Shown here: positions 25,235 to 38,649 of the stretch, in pieces
Position numbering within the stretch: the first letter of the stretch is position 1
Layout: every line of letters starts with the position of its first letter
Assembly: GCF_026210795.1 (NCBI RefSeq)
Contig: NC_089431.1
Span: 1,922,001-1,986,000 of the forward strand
Direction: 5' to 3'
Length of the DNA stretch: 64,000 nucleotides
DNA from: Rhizophagus irregularis
Lineage: Eukaryota
Notes under the pieces: model-generated
What the model saw: only the letters and a program-made list of their open reading frames with translations
Told to the model about the DNA's origin: nothing
The model's database searches: none
Position numbers and translations under genes: made by a program

Positions 25235-27545
25235 TTAGAAGCGTCCAAACCAAAATGGACAACTTCTGTGACAATTGTGCGTTTTATTCACAAGTTTCCT
25301 AAACTTAGGAGTACCAAGAGTATCACGTTTGAATTTCATTTTTGTTGATGAGGAGCTCGGATTACAAAGTTTATCAAAGAAAATGTTAAATGATTCTTGA
25401 AAAACCTTTCGTATTGCTAGAAGAATTTCCAAGTCATCAACAAAATTTGATACCTCTCTCAAAGAAGCGGGAATTGTCACTTTTCCTATATTAATCATGA
25501 TGTACATTCCCCGGACAAGATCCATCATATAGAATTCAACTGTATAATCTATAAAAGTAAATACTATCAAGTTACAAACAAAATCGTGAAAAAAAAAGCA
25601 ACTACTATAATGTTCCTTACCTACGCATTGGAACCCTAATATTTTTATATCAGCGCCTAATTCTATAGATGAATCAAGACAGTCTTTCATAAAGACTCCA
25701 ACACGGATCAGATCATTACAATTTTTGTAAACATTGTTTTTTTCTGAGGGTGGACTAACCTCACCCACAAATATGACACCGTTCAATTGTAGCTGGTGGA
25801 TTATTGAGACTGTGAAATCGGGCTGTTTGCTTCTGATACCTTGTAGCTTTTTTGCTTTACTTTCGTTAATTTCTGTATTCGGCCATTCCACAATGTGCTT
25901 GTCTGGATCATGTAACATTTCTCTCATAATGTGGTCAAGGTAATTTGTAATCAGAGTTGTTTCGCTTGGCTCATTTTTAATTTTTGCGGTTGGCAATTTC
26001 TTAAGGCATTCCAAGATCATGGAACCAAAGTTCTCATTCAACATTTGATCATTTGTAAGTTCCGTTAACAGAAATTTTGTGGCACTGCTACGCGATTCTT
26101 TTATTGCCTTTTTGATCACTTTCCTCAACTTTAATTCACATTCCGTATATAATTCTATTTGCTGAGGAGGATTCGCTTGTTGGTAGATATCATCAAGTAA
26201 AGAAGAACTGAATATGTCGATCATCGTTTTTGAATGAGAGCCAGAATTAAGAAGGAAAATCGAAGATAATGATAATATCTCGTGAACATTAGATTCAACA
26301 AAAAGACCCCCAGTTTTTGCGATCTTGATAGATTCATTTTGATATTGACGGAATAATCGAGAAACATTGATCTCTCTTATTTTAAGATCGTCGATAGAGT
26401 CCTCATCCTTGAAGGATAATTCATCTGGAATATCATTAATTATTATCGGGTAATCCTCCCCCTCTTCTTCAATAAATGGATTACTCGTCGATGGATTATC
26501 CATCGGCAATGAATGTACTTTTGGACTACTTGGCGTGGGAGAAGTGTACTCGTCTTGTTCTTGTCTTTTTGAAATCCTATTCTCATTATAATCAACTCTT
26601 GGTCTCTTTCTTAGTGAGTAAGACTTGCTATCATTATCTGTAACTGACTCATCCTAGAGTATATCAAATAAATTTGATGATGAATTATATGGGTCGCTTT
26701 TTACCTAATGACGTTAACAATGTAATTCATACCAGCTCCTTATTAACATTTTTCATAATGTTTTCAACGCCTTCTTTAGTCCCCTTTGCCATAACACGAG
26801 CTATTTTTAGCTGTAATTCAGAACAATAATTAGCACACCATCTAACAATATCGAAGTAAGTAAAATTTATTGACCTGGTCCAACTTTAGTTGGCTTTTTT
26901 CTTTGGCATGGTCTATATCCAGAGATTCACATTCAACTTCATTCCAGAATCTATCGATATCCACGTTCTTGTTTCGATGTTTCTTTAGGGTTAATATAAT
27001 TTGTTAGCATCTTGTCCTCACTGGAAAAGCAGACAATAACGGGGTCTTTAGAAGACTGCCGGCAAAGCAGACCACAACGGGATCTAATGAACGCCGTAAG
27101 GTCAGGTGGGACGCATGCACCCGCCATAGTTGTGTGAGTGTTACCCCTTCTCAGGACTGCTGGAGGCCCCCACCTCTACAAAACTTGTAGACCACAACGG
27201 GATCTAACGAACGCCATAAAGTGAGCGGGACGCACGCGCTCACCGTAGTCGTGGAAGCATGTTCCCCTTCTCGGGACTTAACAGGGTCCTCCATACTGCC
27301 TGCCAGTGATCAAAATGAAAAATGATACTCGCCTCAAAAACATCAAGTAAATTTTGAGCTTTTCGTTTCTTTAGATCCGACCCATTTTCCACCAGGTATT
27401 CCAGGCACTTGTGGAGTCTTTGTGCCTCTAGGCGAAAATTGCTTGTAAAATCATCTTGACTTTTACGATACTGGTAATAACCAAGAAATCGGTATTTTTC
27501 TGGTGTCGTTGTCTCAAAATATTCATCAAGAGGATACTTCTCCAT
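25235..27545 (-). CDS. REase-fold (PD-(D/E)XK-like) Crinkler-related protein; 5 exons, apparently intact
   Basis: Exons ~27545-27333, 26982-26875, 26810-26733, ~26653-25621 and ~25549-25235 join in frame. C-terminal motif KQPDFTVS..VGEVS..NDLIRVGVFMKDCLD..LGFQCV. Confidence 0.78.
27020..27310 (-). ncRNA. Putative structured RNA element (two ~120-nt tandem units plus a partial third) inside a GC-AG intron
   Basis: GC-rich repeats with AGACCACAACGGGATCTAA at 27069 and 27189. Nested stems show compensatory changes between the copies. Confidence 0.5.
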
Positions 27546-30500
27546 TAATCCTGAATTTACGCGTCTTAGGGGCTAAAAAAAAGCCACTTGACATTTAAGG
27601 CAAATCTGATAATTACACAGTTTGAACACGTGCCGATTATCGCGAACCTACTATTATAATAGACATGGTGTAAAGTTTTTTGCAAAGTTGATGCATATGT
27701 AGTGGATGAAACTTTATTAATTATTTTTCTGAGACTACAGCATGAATTATTAGCAATTGGGTTAATAAGAAATGCAGGATATTTCGATTTTTTTATCGCA
27801 AGTACGATTCTGCGCCAAACATCACACGTAAAGGCGTGGAGAGCTAGGACTTATAACAAATGGATATTAGGCAATTGGCGAATCACAGCTGATGAATAAA
27901 AACAATACCTTTTAGTTCATGTAAAAGTGGTATCCACTTTTCAATTCCACAAGTAAAATTATTTTTATTTATTTTGTCATAATATGAATATCTGCTCTTT
28001 TTTTTTTTAAAGCATTCATATTATAAAATGCACCAAATTTTCCACAAAAATCACAACAAATTCTCAAACATAATTATTATTGAAAATGCCCTGGGGTAAA
28101 TTATCAGCTTCTGGTTATCCTGCTATGTAATAGTCGTGAAAGGAGCCTTCAGCGGACTTTTGCTTTTCAAATGTTTTTCATATATACTTAAAAGATCCTT
28201 ATAGTGATCAGGATCAGCTAAAATAAAAATGCCCGAAATATGATTAGAATTTTAAATACTTTAAAAAAAATGCAAAAGAAGTTGTATACTGTAATTCTTA
28301 CCAATAGAAGGTTCAGGATCAGACAAAAATGCAATTTATCAAATACTTCAATTAGTAATTCAACTAATAAACAGATAGTACACTCACTATTATTGTGTTT
28401 TTGAGTTTTGTGATAAAATTTGAATACAATGAATATATAAATGCATCTTACTCCATTTGATATACTTGAAATGATTATTGTTTAATTTGACAATATGTAT
28501 CAATAAATTCCTTTAATTTATGAAATTTTCTTAATCCTACTAGCGTTGTATCATTAATTGTAAGCTGACTTTCAGCTGTTAATATAAACTATTATAACTC
28601 TTATAATATTAAAAATAAATTTGGGCAAATATTAATATAAAAAATACCTCAAATAAAGAATCGATTTCAGTTTCTATAGTAGAAGTGATTTTGAATTTTA
28701 AATCATGTGAAGTACGATTTTCAAGGTAATTTTAATTGATTTAATAAACTCTTTTAAATGTAAATTATAACTAACTCCTTCACACTCCTTCACAGATTTC
28801 AAATAAAGTTTTAAGCTTTTCAAAAGCTTGTTCTGATAATTCACTCATATCTTCTCACTTCAAAGCAACACCTTACAACGCAAGATTTAATATTGACATT
28901 ATGAGTGATAAAGAGCAGTTCGTACAGCAGCTAAGAAATCAAAATTACCTTTTAAAAACAAGGCTATCAATGATATTTGAACAGATCCATACGTGCATCG
29001 GTGATCTGGACCACCATCAGTATATAAAGTAAAATTTTAGGTTTGTTAATAATATTGATATTGAATAGAATAATTATTATAGAGATCTGTTGCATATCGT
29101 ATAACAGAACTTTGTTTGAAAATTGTATCCTATACTTGACTCTGGTAAAATGAAATTGATATATTATTTGGAATATCAACAAATAAAGAAGCCGAGAGGG
29201 TCAAAGATAATTTTATAAATTCATGATCACAGGAATTAAGTATTCCATCAACAGTAGTTAAAGCTGATTTATTTCTCACTCCTGTTGAAGTAGCAACTGA
29301 ATCTCCAATAGTTTATCATCAACACAAATTAATGTTGTATACTCTTTAAATTTAATAGCAAATTCACGTAAATATCTCTAAAGTGCTCATTATCAAATTA
29401 ATTATTTATTATATATAGAATATATACTTATAAGGTATTGAAGGTATTGGATATATTGCATGGTATTGTATTCTTTTTAAGTAAATATTCAGATTTCAGC
29501 ATCAAATCATCTTGTTAACTTATAGTATACAAAGATTTAAACAATGAATAAAGAATGATTGTTACAATTTACAATAAACAACGAGTAAAAAATATGCGTT
29601 AAAGCATCGGAGATAATTTAAAATAATCGGATATTCATTTATGCGCAATGTGAAAGGAGTTCAGAATACATTACTTATTTTGGAATATATATTAACATTT
29701 TTATTATTTTGGGAATATATTTTAACATTTTTAACATTTATAGTAAATCATACTATATTCACTCAAAAAAGAATTTTTGATAAAATAATTTTTCAACGAA
29801 AATCGGAAGACTGCGCTCGGCAATCGGTATAAAAAGTTGATGTATGACCAATTTAATTAAGTACAGTTTATCATCATTATCACCGAAAGCCGAAAGGAAA
29901 ATGCAGAATGACATATCAATTATTATAACGTTCATATATTAAACGATAACTTCATTCTTAACATTACTAAAATCTTGTGTGGCTGAATGTTATTGTTCAT
30001 AAAAAAAGAAAAAATATATTACGTACATAATTGGGCGTAATACCATTCCATATTCACTAGGTGATATCCTCGATTATATATCATTCTTTGTTAAAATAAA
30101 ATGTTACCAAATTTATACAAATCATTTCTAAATAGAAACCTAAATTTAGAAACCCAATAAAATGACGTCTGATAAATTCAAAATCGGGGAATAAGGGTGA
30201 GTAATATGACCATTTCCTTTATGTTACTTAACACCGTTAGTTTTATTAATTACCATTATTATTTGAAATTGAGCAACAACCGTTCTCTTCCGAACTGTTA
30301 ATGGAACTTTTTCACGATTTGTTTATTTATATCATCTGAACAATCTATTTTTTTCTCAGAGTTAATAATCTTGTGAATAGGAAAATTTCTTTTCCTCATG
30401 GAAAAAACGATGCTTCAATTACAAAATCGATACAAGCAATAAATGCAAAAATGATAACCCTCCGAAATTATCCGAAATTTTACCATTGCATTCGCAATAA

Positions 30501-31998
30501 ATAAATGCGCTTATCAACAAATCTATATTTTATAATAACAATAACGATAATAGAATTAACATAATCACAATGGCATATGACCAAGTCATTTGAATAATTG
30601 TTTTATCAATGCGATCAACAAACCAGATGACTCGGCATCTTGGCGAAATACATTGAACATACCATAATAAAAGTTCTGAAACATGAAATATGTTAATGAC
30701 CAGTCATGTGGCCGTTGAGAAAGAAAAAAGCGAAACAAAAAATTTGAGTTTTTGATAATAATTTTGTTTACAATAATTAATATTGTTTTAATGTAGCATG
30801 GTAAATAATCATGTGTTTATTACATATAGTGTTATTGACAATGGGCTATGTAATATAAACAGCATTTATTTTAGTATACAATTCATTCCATATTAGTAGA
30901 TAGAAAGCCTCAGGGAAAAAATTTTACAATGAATTAGAAAATTATCTAAAAAGATTTTTTTTTTGCCAATCAAACATGTGGCTGATTGATGAATCTATTC
31001 CATAAAACTTATTATACTTGTTATATTATATTTTTATACTTGATATACTTGACATATTTGTTATATGCTATACTTGTTATATTATATATTTGTTATATTT
31101 GTGTTATATATTTAAATCAAGTATTTGAAAGATTGATCTTATCAATATATCCACCATTGGTTTAAAAATCCAGTTGAATATCTCTATGAAATATTTTATT
31201 GATTGAATGATCAAAAGTTGATGGGGATGAATATTTAGTAATGTGTCACATATTTTGGTCATTAAAATCATTAAATATAATTAAATTATCTAAATTATAT
31301 TAATTATATTAATTAATTATGTTTTAAATTATTCGGAGACAATGGAAAACAATGTCACAATGAGATTTACGGCTGTCTTATTTATATATAACGACAACAA
31401 TGACAAAATATTTTATAAATTTTTTGAAAAATGAAAAGAAAAATATATATATATATATTGTTTCTTGGATTTTTTTGGTTTAAAGAAAAATTATTATGGC
31501 ATCTACTCCTCTTCATTCCTTTAATCTTTCGATGTTTATGAATAATTCAATCATTTTATTCATTTCATTATAAAAAAGAAAACGATTTTTTTTTTTTATG
31601 TTTGCAAATACTCTTTACTTCGATTTATTCTTTTAAAAAACGAATTATAATTTTCGAATCTCGGTAAAAATTATATATAACGAAACGTAATAATGTAAAA
31701 ATACAAAACGAAGAAAAAAATTAATTAAATTCGATAAATCTAATAAACGAAAGATAGGTTTGGTAAAAAGGGAAAAGGAAAAAAAAAATTCGAAAAGTAA
31801 TAATCTAAATATGGTAATACGACTCCTAACCCCTAATACTGACGAAATTAATCTATGTTACACGAACTATAAAAGTACATATTAGTGTTTTAAATATGAT
31901 GTTGCAATACTGATGAAAATGACGTGATTATCGTTATGTAAATATAATATATATATTTCGTTAATTTTTTTTTTTTTTAAAAAAAATTTTGCCCTCCA

Positions 31999-32850
31999 TT
32001 AATCACAATTGTTTCCTTCTGTACGTAGAAAATCAGCATAGTAGTTACTAATATGATTACCATAAAAACCAGCGTTTGAATCTCCGATGTAAAAGGTTTG
32101 ACACGTTTCAGGTGCCGAATAATAAAAGCTATTCTGCTGATATTGCTGTTGAGCCAAAAATGTATCAAGACCATCCGCATGACCATATTCATATGGTAAA
32201 GGGTTCATTTCATTTACTTGTTCTTGAGTAATGTTAGTACGACTTGTCTCTCTTACTTGACAGTTGATTTGTTTATAACTGCAGGGAACTCCATTCCCTT
32301 CTTGGTTTTCCGTAATAAAGTTTACACGACCTGTCTCTCTTACTTGACAGTTGATTTGTTTATAACTGCACGAAACTCCATTCCCTTCTTGGTTTCCCGT
32401 AATAATGTTAATACCACAACTTTCGTCTATTTGAAGGTTGGGTGATTTATATTTCTTATTACAATAAACGAAGTTGATACGAGGTTTTCTATGGCGTTTT
32501 TCGATATGATTTGGATAAATTTTGCTATGTTGTTCTTTAAGTAATTTAGTTAAATCCACATAGCATTTTTTTTCCTCCATGGTAGCTTCTCTCCATATGT
32601 GAGCAGCAACACGGGAGAGATTCTTTCCATCATAAGGTAAGGATTTCTTTACAACATGATTTAGACAACGTCGAAAAACCATAAAGTTGTTCATCGGTTT
32701 TGGTTGGCGGTTTGTTCTTCTAACTGTAGCTTGCGTTTGTAACTTACTTATCATATCACTTACTATATCTTCCGACAAAGGGAACAATATTTTTTTATCT
32801 ATCATTCTAATAATTTGTATGTCAACATTAGATAAAGAGTTGTCCTTCAT
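31999..32850 (-). CDS. MATA/SOX-type HMG-box transcription factor
   Basis: PKPMNNFMVFRR..NLSRVAAHIWREATMEEKKCYVDL..EQHSKIYPN. ATG at 32850; probable 5' UTR intron upstream. Confidence 0.9.
   Translation of the reverse strand: MKDNSLSNVDIQIIRMIDKKILFPLSEDIVSDMISKLQTQATVRRTNRQPKPMNNFMVFRRCLNHVVKKSLPYDGKNLSRVAAHIWREATMEEKKCYVDLTKLLKEQHSKIYPNHIEKRHRKPRINFVYCNKKYKSPNLQIDESCGINIITGNQEGNGVSCSYKQINCQVRETGRVNFITENQEGNGVPCSYKQINCQVRETSRTNITQEQVNEMNPLPYEYGHADGLDTFLAQQQYQQNSFYYSAPETCQTFYIGDSNAGFYGNHISNYYADFLRTEGNNCD
32241..32403. repeat. 87-bp in-frame tandem duplication within HMG gene
   Basis: Two copies of IT.NQEGNGV.CSYKQINCQVRET.R. Confidence 0.95.
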
Positions 32851-34989
32851 GGTAAATAACGTACAAGACACGATTGATAAACTATATGATTATAAAGAAA
32901 TAGGGAAAACAAATGGAATTAGCGAAAGGAAATAAAAAAAAATAATTAATCTATATCATTAATATATAGAGTTTACTTACTACTATTATTTATTTCAAGA
33001 AAAAAAATTTTTAACAGCAATCGTGAAGTAAAATGAAAAAGAAAGTTGAGGGCTTTTATAGATCTTTTGTCAACGTTGGAAAAATAAAAAAAAAAAATTT
33101 TTTTAATTTGTTAACTTAATAATTTATTTGCCTCTTTATGTTTTAAATTACAATCACATTATCCTATCAATCAATCATCACCAAAGTACGGTATATATTA
33201 TATATATATAAAAAAAAAAAGATTACAAATAGAGAAATAAGAAATAAAGAAATTTTTAATAAAAATAAATTTTAATGTAACACGTCTAAAGATAGTAAAT
33301 TGGGCTTTTTAAAAAAAAGGAAATTTTTCTTTCATAACTATCGACCTATATCTTCGCATTCTTAAAATTTCCTTTCGAGAGGAATGAAAGTCACACTAGC
33401 AAGCCACAAATGGCTTGAGATCCGAGATATGACGGTAAATAATTCCGTAGTGCAGGAGGATAAATTAATTCCGAGATTTCGATTGAGGATAAATTAATTC
33501 CGAAATTAACATTAATTTCGTTTATCTCATCGGTATTATGTATTAACACCGATGGATTTTTTTTTTGTCATCTACGAAATCCATCGGTGTATACGTCATA
33601 CACAACGAGTTAAGTCCGTTATTCCATGGATATCTAATAAAAACCACATATACATCGATGCTTCTCTCCCTTCGCTCCCTTCGGGTGGGCCTCAAGACAA
33701 CAATGAATATTTTAATTATTCATTGATATCCATAGTGTAATTCCGTTAGACCGTTACAGGGGGGAATAAATTCAATTGAAACTCACTCTGCCCACGTTTT
33801 CTCCTGTCACACATTTCACAACCTATTAGTTTTTTTTAAAAAAAAATAAAATACCAATCCCCTTATTAATTCAATAACAATGTGTTACAAAAAAAAAAAG
33901 TTTCTTTTACCAATAAAAAAAAAAATTTTTTTTCCTTAAAACTGGTACAGCCAAAGCAATTAATTAATTAATTAATTAATTAATTATCAAAAAAAAAAAA
34001 AAAAAAAAGATAAACAAATAAATAAAAATAAGTTTAGGGTTTAGTGACGGAAAAAAAAAATTTTTAGATTTAGATTATAAGAAAAAAAAATAAATAAATA
34101 AATAAAAAAAAACTAAAAATAAAAAAAAATCAACTTTTTTTTTTTTGGAAACATTTTTTTTCGAAAAAGAAAAGAAAGAAAGAAAAGAAAGAGATAAAGA
34201 AATCAAACGCATGCAGTGTAGAATTGATCTTATGACTCGAAATTTTATATTTCTAGATAAACAATAATTTCTAGAATTCTTAAGATAAGATAATTGGAAA
34301 TGTTTGTTTATCATTTCGAAAAAAAAAAAAGTTATCTTAAGTTTATGATTTTATTGATAGAGTCAAATGATCAATTTAATCATATCTAATCGACTCGTTA
34401 TAATTTCTTTTGCATATGAATTATTAATGGGAATTTTGTTTTTTTTGACAAAATATGACGCAAATAAAACAAAAACATTGTCGATCATTGAAACCACATG
34501 ATACAAATAAAGTTTTTCTTTTGGAATAATATCATCTGATTCACCAAACTGTAAGATATCATTCATTTAATCATAAATTAGTTGCTTAATTTGTTATTAT
34601 TTTATTCCTTAATATCGTTAAATCAGAGACAATAGAAAGAAAATCAAGGTTTGATCTGATAAGATATGTTTTTTTTATCTTTTCATGTAAGCCACACATT
34701 ATTAATGTAAGTCACCTGAATTAACTTGGGATTCATGTTTGCGGCGTTCGCCACAATTGCCACCTGCCACACTCGATAAATGATTCGAAATGACATATGT
34801 AATATTTTGGTTTATATATAATGTACTAAAAAATCAATTCTTAAAATTCTTAAATTTTTTCATTCATTAATATATCATATACCGTATATATATACACAAT
34901 TAATTATTTTCTTTTATTAAATAAATGATCTTTTAAATTTGAGATTCAAATATAAATATTATATAATGGTACCGACAGGTACCGTAGTC

Positions 34990-35082
34990 CGAGGTTAACG
35001 TACGAACTAGCCGGAGTTAACGTTAACACTATCACGTGCAAGTGCATAACTCCTAAAACTCGGGCCAGTTCGTACGTTAATA
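34990..35082. repeat. Dispersed repeat; inverted copy at ~59603-59695
   Basis: CTAGCCGGAGTTAA..CTATCACGTGCAAGTGCATAACTCCTAAAA matches the reverse complement at 59.6 kb. Confidence 0.8.
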
Positions 35083-38000
35083 TCGTACACCCCCACTGTA
35101 CGCCCCCTCCTACGAAACCATAATACCAGCCGAGCATATCACCAAAATTACTATAATTCTGGTAAGGAGTTTATCGGAAACTAAACATTGTAACAGTTCC
35201 GAAGCAACCGAAGACAAAATCAACTAAAAAACGGTATCTAGATAATAAAGTGACAATAAGTGGAATCAAAATAGCAAGAATAAATTCATTATTAAATGAA
35301 ATCATTTGAATACATAACATGGTAAATTCCTAAAGATGATGAATTATACTTTACACCAGCTGTCTCATTATATGACATGTTCCAATTACATTTACATAAT
35401 ATTCTAACGATACTTCTTCTTTATCCACTAATTCATAGCATTTAGCTAAACTCAAGTTGAATTTTGAGTTTACAAATTTCAAAAGCTTAAAATTTTCAAC
35501 ACCATTTCCTAATTACAATATACTGTATTTATTTTTTTGTGTTGCTTACCAATAAATAGTTTGTACCAAATCTTTTGCAGTTTCCTTATTAATTTTGGGT
35601 TATATCTCAAGATTATTTTAAGGCTGCAAAAAATGACAATAAAATTGCGCTTTATATAATTGAAGTTAGAGCATTTGATAAATCTGTCAAGGACTAAATT
35701 ACATTTTAAGAAAATTTAAAAAGCTGTACAAAATCGAAGTAATTTATTTGTGCCTAAAAATTTAATTACATTGTCAACCGTTTGGAAAACGGTTAAATAT
35801 TTACAGAACACAAAAAAATAAAATAAAATAAAATCGTTTAATTTTTGGTACGTTTTTTGTTTGTCACTGATGTCACTGATTTCTTTCATAGAAGAAAGTA
35901 CAACTAAGCCAAATAACTGAACGAGAAAAAGTGAGTACCGTGATACAAAAGTGTTAAACGCAGGAGTGATTACAAAAATTTCGCTTTGTCTAAACTAAAA
36001 AGTATACAGGGTAGTCGATCCCACAGAGGATTCAATATTTATCGAATTTCTCGCGCGAATTCTAAATGTGCGTGAGATCACGTGAAATTTGAAAGTATGT
36101 ACATCAGCACGTGAAATGCATAATGAAGGTCTAGACACTGTCTAGACTGTCTAGACAATTTTTCTTGGCTGAAAAATGAAAATAAAGTTTCGTCCTTCAT
36201 AATTTATCTTTCTAATGAGATCCTATTAGGGAAATAATTTATTGTTATTGATTCGACAAAAAAAGGAAGTTATAAAAAAGGTATCAGTTTTTTTGATAGA
36301 TAATATTTCGGGATGTATCCTTCTCTTAAGAATAAAAAATTATTACGTTTTAGCATACGGAAAATGTCGGAATTCTTGGAAACTCATGTAAGGTCTTATG
36401 ACATGTAAAATCCAAAAATGAAATAATAATGAATAATGACTCATTTCAATGACGACTTTGTGTTTGTAAACAGTTACTTCTATTAGAGAATTTATCTAAT
36501 TTATCTATCTATTTTCTAGAATCTATAACATTTACTCCTTTTCTTACTTTTATCTTTATTCGCCCTTTCTCATTACCCTTCACTTGCATATTATGGTCAA
36601 TTAATCGTATAATGTTGATACTAGATAGTCAAATGTTCGTCCAATCTTTTAAATGATTATAATCAGCCTCATTTTAACATTAAATAATAATTATTAAAGT
36701 TGTAGCTTCATTCATTCTAGCATATACATTCGATCGTTAAATCAATTTAGCAACCACTTAATCCGAGAAGAATTAGTCGAAACTTTCATATATTTCTATT
36801 TTTAACCATGAAAAGGAAACATGAATAAACGACTTTCCTGATATCTATCTTTACAATAAATCGGTTACCTCTCTATCATTGGTTGACTGGCTGATTTTAC
36901 TATTTGTTTATTCATCAAGATTATGAACCAGTGAAACACGCAAGAATCAAGAATGGTAAACATATTTTCTCTTTCAACTATTATTTGATTGCATTTTTTT
37001 CAAGCCAATATAACTCTAACGCTAAGATCTTTCTATATAGTTAGATGGGAGTTTCAAATATCGGACTTCTGAAGATACAAATATTTTATAATAATTGTAA
37101 ATATGAGAAGGTAATATCAAAAAAAAAAGCAAATAATCAAAAATTATGAAGATAATTTACTCATAAAAATTGTTTCTTTATTCTTTACAATAAAATATTT
37201 AGTTAATTAACAACATTGGTCGTAATAATTTCAGGAAAATATACGAAAGTCAGTAAGAAACCGATTTTTTGGGGGGAATATACTGTATATATATACTGTA
37301 TTTTTTTCAGTACGAGATAGATCAATCGATCGATTATCAAAGATTATCAACTATCAAGCAATAACTGAAATACTTCATCTCCTCTCCTCGCCAATAGACT
37401 TGTATATATTATTCAATAAATAAAACAATATGTAAATCTCCAATCAAATAGGAGCGGTTTGTGGGGTTGAGTTTTTGTTTAAATGATGTAGATTGCATGT
37501 TCTTTTAATAAGTTTCCCCCAAAAAAAATAAAAAAATCAAGTATAATTTATCTTACAGTTACACGGCACAAGATTTTTTGAATAAAAAACCATTATTAGA
37601 ATATACATTCGGAAAAATAAGACATGCTCAGTATATAAACGGATAAGTTGTATATCTATATCTCCCTGAAATAAATTGTCTATAAACATCTAGTTGAATT
37701 AAATTGTTTTCGAGCATCTCGTTAAGATCGACATTGCATTGGTAACTGCCAACTGGTAACTTATTTATCAAGAGTCATTTACAGTCAAAACTACTGGTCT
37801 TATTTACGTATATCATTTTAATTTATTTAATTTATGAGTCAATGCAAAAGTTGAGAAACTTCAACAGGGTCACATACAGTAAGAGTAATCTTTAAATAAT
37901 TAGAAAATGTATTATTATTCGGAAATTTTTTATTTAACATTTAAGGGGAAGTCATACAAATTTGAAAGATTAGATTATCGATAATTTATTGTATTTGCAA

Positions 38001-38145
38001 ATATGAAAGTGATTATGTTACAATGTTTTAAATCTCCCACACTCCCCACACAATTTCGCAAAAAAAGTAATTATTGCGTGATCAATATAATCAAAATATA
38101 TATACCCGCTTTTTCCCACCTTTTTCCCTTTCCCTTTTCCAAATT

Positions 38146-38649
38146 TCATCCTAAATTTAAAATTTCTAAATATTCTTCAACTTGACTTTTCAAATCATTG
38201 AGACTATTAATAGTGCCGAAGCTTGAATCACCCTTAAAAATATTTGCTAACCCCATCTCGGGGTCGTAATAACTTGGATAGTCGCATTGGAAAGATGAAT
38301 TATACAAATTTTGCGCGATCAACGAAACTACTGCGTCATCAATTTCAGCTCCGCAGTCTTGGGGGTTACCATTCGAAGTAGAATCTTCAGGCGAAACATG
38401 CGAAACAGGCAAAGCAGAACCCGTAGAAGATAAATCTGCTGAAACAGAACCCGTAGGTGGAGTAGAACTTGCGGGCGGAGTTGTAGGTGAAGTAGAACCA
38501 GATGCCGAAATTGGTCCTGGATTAATAATAGGCGTTTCTGTAATTACAAAAGGTATGTCATTGTTAGTTTGCTAAGTTTTGTTTTATAATAGAAAGAAGT
38601 CTCGTTTTTCGTCAGTTAAGATTAGACCATCACCTTCTTTATCGCTCAT
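38146..38649 (-). CDS. Small (~135 aa) Ser/Pro/Thr-rich acidic hypothetical protein; 2 exons
   Basis: ATG 38649 MSDKE, then a GT intron with CTAAC branch point and ACAG acceptor, in frame with ORF 38146..38412. Confidence 0.7.

Noticed and set aside
27020..27310. TPP or glycine riboswitch, hammerhead, or group I intron
   Set aside because: Only short word matches (CUGAGA, CUCAGG, ACGACUAC); the full consensus cores are absent.
28000..29400. Possible decayed transposase
   Set aside because: It has coding-like texture, but no motif I can assign.
31999..32850. HMG gene as a Mucorales-type mating-type locus
   Set aside because: No flanking triose-phosphate transporter or RNA helicase genes, and this HMG family is highly expanded in these fungi.
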